Source: Catajapyx aquilonaris (lineage: Eukaryota). From it: a DNA stretch of 39,498 nucleotides. The position numbers and the translations under genes were made by a program. A model generated the notes under the pieces. The model saw only the letters and a list, made by a program, of their open reading frames with translations. It did no database searches and was not told the origin of the DNA. The stretch is from NCBI GenBank assembly GCA_000934665.2, contig JYFJ02003618.1, positions 1-39,498 on the forward strand, in the 5' to 3' direction. Positions 32,860 through 39,498 of this stretch are shown piece after piece (within the stretch, counting starts at the first letter, position 1; the number at the start of each line of letters is the position of its first letter).

Positions 32860-35800
32860 GGTCAATGATCAATAGTCGTTATAGTTTACAACTGGATTTT
32901 GAATTTTGAATACCACTGTGCTTCCAATGAAAGTGGTTCATTTATTCAGTTGTCAGCACAGCCATATTCGAACACTTTAGAGAACCCACTCGCCTTTCGC
33001 AGTTGGTAGGCATAGTTTCAAAGTAGGAAATTTCAGGAAGGGGGAAATAAATAGGACCACAGTTGATATATACCTCGGGACAAAAGCGTACCGCAGGTAG
33101 AGCCTTTCTTTTTTTCGGCGACGTTTCACATCAGAATCTCACTCGTCAGACCAAAAAAAAAAAATCCTCACAAATGTAGTGACCAAATCCAAATATCCTT
33201 CCACTAATGAAACAAAAAGACTTTTATAGGACCTCGGTGCCTAAAAGTCCTCCTATGTATCTGAACAGGGTCCTCCAGAGTCTCAAAAAGAAATTTTGCT
33301 GACGACAATAATAAATCTCAGGATGAGGAAGTGCAGTGTACAGAGAGAGAGGGGGAGAGGCGTATGTAGTGAGAAATATAATCCAAGGTGCAGATAAATA
33401 CCGGAACTGACACCGGCTGTGATTGGACCTCAGCTGAGAAAATGTTCTGTAATATAAACTGTAGTTATACTGTAGAGTGATAAGAGCATCTTATTTTGCC
33501 AAGATAACTGCCGGGCCTTCTTTTGGCGTTGGAGTGTTACAGGAACTTGAGTGGGTGACAAATCTGATATTGCGGAGTGTAATGGTGAGACTGCAAGACT
33601 ATGAAACCATTTTTTTTTTGAGAGAGATGAGGGATGGCAGAGAAAGAGTGAAGGATGTATATGTTTTTATTTATGGTTGGTGTGCTTTAGTCGTAAGCCA
33701 ATTGTAGCCATATCATGGTCAATAACAATTGTTGTCTGGGACACAAGGGGAGAGACCATAATGATGAATGAAACATGCCAATAAATAAAGGTGTGTAAGA
33801 ACTGACTTGCGTTTCAGTAACTCTGGCTCTAAAGGACTTTATCCCACTTCTTGTGCATTGTGCGTACTGCTTCCGAGCTGGAATTTGCAATTAGTGGCTC
33901 AAGAGCTTTCTCATCAGTCTGGCATGCACATGGTAATTACTCAACTGATGCCCTTCATCCGCTTCGGTGGATGATTGACAATGCCAACCCTTCTCCCTGG
34001 TGCATCATCCTGAAGACCAATCTCTTTCCAAGTTCAGGTAGGCACTGACTGTCATAAAAAATTAACTCTTGATTCCCTGATTGAGACCAGAAATGTTCAC
34101 TAGTTTGCACATAAAATCCTGCTAAATATTACTGGAAAGACTCTTCAGCATGATCACCACTTGTTGAGCTTGTCCAGCCCTCTCGTGGGATCGTCGCAAA
34201 ACATTATTGGCAAAATTTGTCGCTAATCTGAAAAACACGATTAGTAATGAGCAGGGCTTAAATCCAGATATTACGCAGGATGATGATTAAGACCCACAAT
34301 TAATTTGCATCTCAAAATATTACACGTTGATAACAACATCAGCTTTAAAGGTGTCAACAATGACACTCATTCTACTGCAATGCAGATTGAATTAGTCTGT
34401 ACAGGGTAAGTCAATTTTTTGCCGGATTTTCATACATCTGCAGTTTCATGCGAATAAAGCGCAATAACCAGCAGACCAGGCCCAAGGAAGATAGGAAGCA
34501 TTTGGGTTCCCCAAAATGGCTACTTAAAAGTCGTGCAGCTTCGTAGCAGATAAGTAAGCAAACGCGTCGTCGTCGTTGTCGTCGCTAAAAGTTTTATCAG
34601 GCGACACTTTGTTGGAGAGAAAAGAAGGAGGAAAAAAAATGCCAACTGAACCTGGGATTTTAGCATCCGGGGCCACTTAGAAAAGAGGGGGGGTGTAATC
34701 ACCTAATAAATATTCCTGGCGGAGAGAGAAGGCTCCTGGCTCCTTCTTTTCGACCTTTTACGAGTGTGGGAAGTACACTGGTTTTATGTTGTTTACACGG
34801 AAGAAGTTGTCTAATCTCTGAAATGAGGAAAGGTTAGTGCTTACCGGGTCATCTCATCATGCAAATGAGCCTCAATTTCCCACCCAAATTATGTTTCCCT
34901 GGCGCTGCTTGTCCTTTTGCAAATCGATGGACCAAGAAGCAGCAGAGAATGATGATGCTCATGTTATGAGGCATAACTCTCCTGATGCCGTATCCCTAAG
35001 TGAAAGACACTCGTAATATTAACCCTAATTGCGTCTCTTGGTCGATCCACATCTTGAGAGGCCAAGGGAATTATTATTGGAGGGACATATTTGTGGGAAT
35101 TACAATCTGGCGTCTGGTACTATCCAAGTTAGCCAGTTTTGCTGTAGTTTTCTCCCGGTTTTTTCTTCAAAACTGTGGCTATTTTATATTCACTCTGAAG
35201 GTTTCTGGAGACTCCTATGGGTATTCTATAGAATAGGTGTAATATTGTGTATTCATGCGATGTTCAGTTAACGGTACTTCAAAGGGCAGGTTGCGAGGCT
35301 GGGAAATGTTTGTGATGCAAAATAATTTTCCCAGGAATATTAGACCTGCGAGAGGATGGCTTAGGCTTACCTGAAATAATATCACCTGAGGTGAAATTAG
35401 TTAAACTCCATACTCCATGCGCCTTATGTAAGGCATTGCTAATTATTCATCGCCCCCACCTGAGCCGTATACATTAACGTAATTGTTCCAAGTTATTAAA
35501 GGAAGAGTAGGCTCTACTTCAGGGGAAATCAAGTGGCAATACTTGAAGAGAGAGTAATGCGTTGTGAATACTTCGCACACAAGTAATTCACGGAATTTAA
35601 TGCAAGTACAAACCGAATATAATATTAGTACCGTGCAATACTGCTGGCAATTACCAGGGAAAGTGAAAAAGAAGCACCGTCGAGTTTAGCATTAAATATA
35701 TCCAAGGAGAACACGTCCTTTTACGATGAGCTAAATGTTACCATTTTAAAGAGAGGATTTAATAGTAAACAAAACCGCCCCCGAAAATTTACGATTTCAT

Positions 35801-38800
35801 AAAAGAGTCTCGGCGGAGATGAACTCTCTTGCAGACTCGTAAATCCGGTGGTCGACTCCACAATGCAGAAAAATGGACCCAGATTTTAGCTGCAGCTCGC
35901 ACACAGAAATTCCGGAAAATCCCAGCCAATTGTGCCTGGAAGCAGTAAACACACTATACATTATTCGGAATATTGACCAACTGGAAGCAGGTGGCTTCCG
36001 ACTAACTGTAGTACATAAAACACATCCCTTTAGGATCCGGCTTCCTCTTGTGATGAGTTGTGAGGCGAATGTAATTAGAGTTTGGGTTTGGGATTGCGTG
36101 GGAAGAGAGAGAGAGGAGCCGACGACCAGGCATCGATCCCTACTCGGGCTAATCAACCTTAATTGGCAAATTATAACGAAGCCGATCAAGCCGGGTTCTC
36201 GAATCTCGTCTTTCCACTCACTCTGCATTTACGCCAACTCCAGCACTTATTGCTCTGGAGGATTAGAGTCTGGAACCAATCGGGTAATAGCTCAAGTGCA
36301 GACTTGTGGCACACTTCCTGTACCTGTGTAAAATACTTGATGTGTGCTTGATGTGTTCATGCATCGAGGCACTTGGCAGCTATCCGCTTCTTACTTAGTA
36401 ATTAATCGAGAGGAGTCAGGTGATCCCTGTGAGACTTAGCGCTTCACTTACCATGAATAAGAGATGCTCTCTCGGAGTCAGCGTTTCGAAGAATAGATCA
36501 TGCTTGTGCACGACACCGTATACATCTCGGATATGGCTTGAGTCACGGGATTATACAATTCAGGAGTATGCCGCCTGTCATCTCTATAGACCTGAAAAGG
36601 TTCTTGCAGGGGCATGGCCATCAATGCATTTTGCATATAAGCGTATTTATAGCGTATCGTGCTATGAATATAGAAACTCACGTTTTGATGCAGTTTTAAT
36701 ATTCAGTTTGTGTCACAGTACGGGTTGTTAACAAAAACAATTAAATCGTTATAATAGAGCAAAAAAATTCAATTGTAATATTCATGCGTTTCATGCTCTG
36801 GCTGATCGTAACTTAGTGAACACATTAATAAGCTGTATAGAAGAACCACTGGTAACATGATCCAAATGAAACAATCCTATTGAATCTGCAGTCAGTTGAA
36901 GACCTTGTAGAGGAAACTCACCCCGGAGGATCTGTCAAGTTGCTGCCAAATATAGTATATTATGTAATATTATGTGCGGGTAGTACAGTATACAAGCGAA
37001 ATCCTCGGTGTATGGTTCAGCGTAGCATGCATTACCACAAGTACTTATGCAGTTATGCTCACAGACTACAATGCCCGGAATCTCCTTACAGCCTCACTAA
37101 CAAGATTCTAAGGAGGTGTTGAAGCCTCCAAGTAATTTAATAAAGGCTACTGGCATGGCCGGGAGGACTGCTCCTAAGGACCTGGTGTATTTATCGAGAG
37201 CCTCTTCTTGACTCCTATAAGGAGCAAGATAAGACAGTGCATCACCAAGAACAAGTAATATGTATGAAGGTGTACTACACACTGTAAATCTCGTACAGTA
37301 CTTGTTCTTTCATGGAAGATGACATGTACCATATTAATGCTCCCAATTTCTATATGCGCGTTTAAAAGAATTATTATGTGGGTGATTTTATACAGTACTT
37401 CACCTTTTGATGTAAATGTGTAGAGTTCATGTATACTGAAGTGCAGGAAGCAATAGCCGGAGGTGGATTTAATGGGTCCCTGATGTCGTACAGTGAAATG
37501 ACCCTTGCGGCTTTCAGACTGCCCGAAGTTATTTTGTTTATATTCACCAGGTGCCCCTGGCTGGTTGAGTCACTTTAATCTTGCTGAAGTTATGAACGGT
37601 AATAGTAATGTTCGCGTGAGATCAACCGGTTGCATAACTTTTGATCGATATGACTGTTCCCAGCGGTGCAGTGAAGTGCAATTTTGTATTAACCGACGAG
37701 AGACTTCTTCTTCCTTGTGTCAAACGCGACCGCGCCTCGAAATTTCCCAGAGAAATCGACACCTGAAAGGAGCAAGACTTACATAAGGACTGATCGAATT
37801 ACCAGTTTTGGAGGATGATGTTCGCGAATTCTGGTTTTGCGAATCGCTGATGCGTTCGGATTCCTAGTTGCGCTTGGAGACGACCCCCAGGCCCTTTCCA
37901 CGTGAGTTGAATCGGGATTGAAGTGCTGCAGGCATCAGCTTCCATTATTAACCCTCGATTCCTGCTGCTGTGGCATCTGACAAAAAAAAAATACACACTC
38001 ACACATGTGCCAATAGACCGATGTTGATGGGGGAGGAGATTTTTTTGCGGGAATGTAAATCGCAATTTGGGCCTTATACAGCTGCCACATGGCTCGTGTT
38101 GATAGCACCACGACATGCGCCAATCCTATATGGAATGCTTCATAACACACTCGGTTTGACCTGTTGCAACTGAAGGTCATACAAACTCCGGCACGAGAGA
38201 ATTTTTACGATCATATACAGTGTGTTCTAATTAGGATGTCCATGTCTGTTTGCACATTTATGCATAATATTACTTTTATGAGTTTTCAAAAAATTAGCTG
38301 ATTAGATGATTGTGACATAACTTGCATACGTATGTCTTGAAAACATGTAGGCCTAATACGCGCAAAATGGGTTTAATTGCTAAATATAGGCAGTTAAAAT
38401 TTGATTTAATATCTCAATTTCATAATTCATTGCAATTAACTTCTGAAGGAATTCTACTGAACCTAATTATTAGCTATTAGTTTCGATAATTACTTATAGA
38501 AACTGTTTACAACTAACTGCTTAATAATACGCAGACTCTTAGAGAGAAAATATCTGTAAACTACAGTAAAATGGGCATGTTAATTTGAACACGATTGCCA
38601 GAAAATATTAAATAAGCGAGCTTATTTTGGAGCAAAATTACTTGCAGTCTACAGCGTTGCGAATAATGATACGTGAATAATATTATTGTCAAGCAATTTT
38701 GCATTAATGTATTGGGCAAAATGCGGTTATCATGCAAATCGTACGGGTACACTTCATTGCATAATCGGTGAAATAGCTGTATTGCACCGGCTTGTGCAAA

Positions 38801-39498
38801 TATTTTGCAGATTTGCCAGGGCTTATAAACACATGTTAATTAAATAATTTCCGGAACCATAACGCAGATTATTCCATGCGCATGCATTTTGTGCATTAAA
38901 CACATCTAGACGGACCTCCTGTTGGCTCATTATCGCTCCAAAATAATTGGCGTTAATTGCAAGCATAGTCGGCTTACCTACTTTATTATTGCTTGGCAAC
39001 TTAATATGGACACTCGTTCGTGTGATTATGCCAATTTGATTAAAAACTTTGAAGCCGGATTACACGCTAGCCATCAGCCTGTTAAATCCGGGTTTGCCCG
39101 TGATTTCTTGCATCCGGATTTCTGGCCCTCCCAAAAGCCCCATGTTAGAACCCGGAGCATTATTAGCGACAATGGTCCCTCATTCTGGCTGCTGTCGCGG
39201 TCGCACGACGATGGTTTCATTACTGGGAAAAGGAAAGTGCCAGCCTGCCCAACCGGAAAAGACCCAGGGATTTACTTCCAATCTTTTTCAACGTAATTGC
39301 GTTCCAAGACTAAATCCTACGAGTTAAAAGGATCTGCCTAATATTAATCAGATTCTCATTTGAAAAAAAGGGGGGAACAGACACTGCCAACTATTCGGCT
39401 TGATTTGGAGAAACCCACAATGTCCCAACGGAATTGCGATTTTTTTTTTTCGATTTAAATTTTTGTTACATTGCATCGTGGCAGGGTTGGTCACCCCG

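Noticed and set aside
35797..36331. Overlapping 152-aa (+) and 143-aa (-) ORFs
   Set aside because: No recognisable domain or convincing splice boundaries; consistent with chance ORFs.
37549..37596. 48-nt AG..GT-bounded frame-symmetric segment (GAPGWLSHFNLAEVMNG)
   Set aside because: No partner exons or homology found; could be chance.

Overview
Eukaryotic, animal (probably arthropod-like) genomic DNA with GT-AG introns, many only 55-75 nt long. Four spliced protein-coding genes were reconstructed by hand from splice sites and reading-frame phase. (1) An RNF145/TRC8-family membrane RING-H2 E3 ligase (+, 610-2500, 2 coding exons). (2) A full-length but very divergent SMC1-type cohesin ATPase (+, 2872-10824, 24 exons, ~1270 aa). 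Its Q-loop, hinge glycine motif and H-loop are altered, its acidic tail carries a PxDLS (CtBP-type) motif, and intron 16 holds a ~1.45 kb Helitron-like insertion with a minisatellite. (3) Glutaredoxin-3/PICOT (-, 13147-11807, 4 exons, Trx plus 2 Grx domains). (4) An SLC7 LAT1/LAT2-type amino-acid transporter light chain (+, from 16730) with nine shared coding exons followed by three tandemly duplicated, homologous alternative last exons (29654, 31121, 31816), none of which appears in its coding frame in the ORF track. No coding gene could be supported after ~32 kb. No CRISPR, rRNA or tRNA was seen. Family comparisons are from memory of known proteins, not from database searches.
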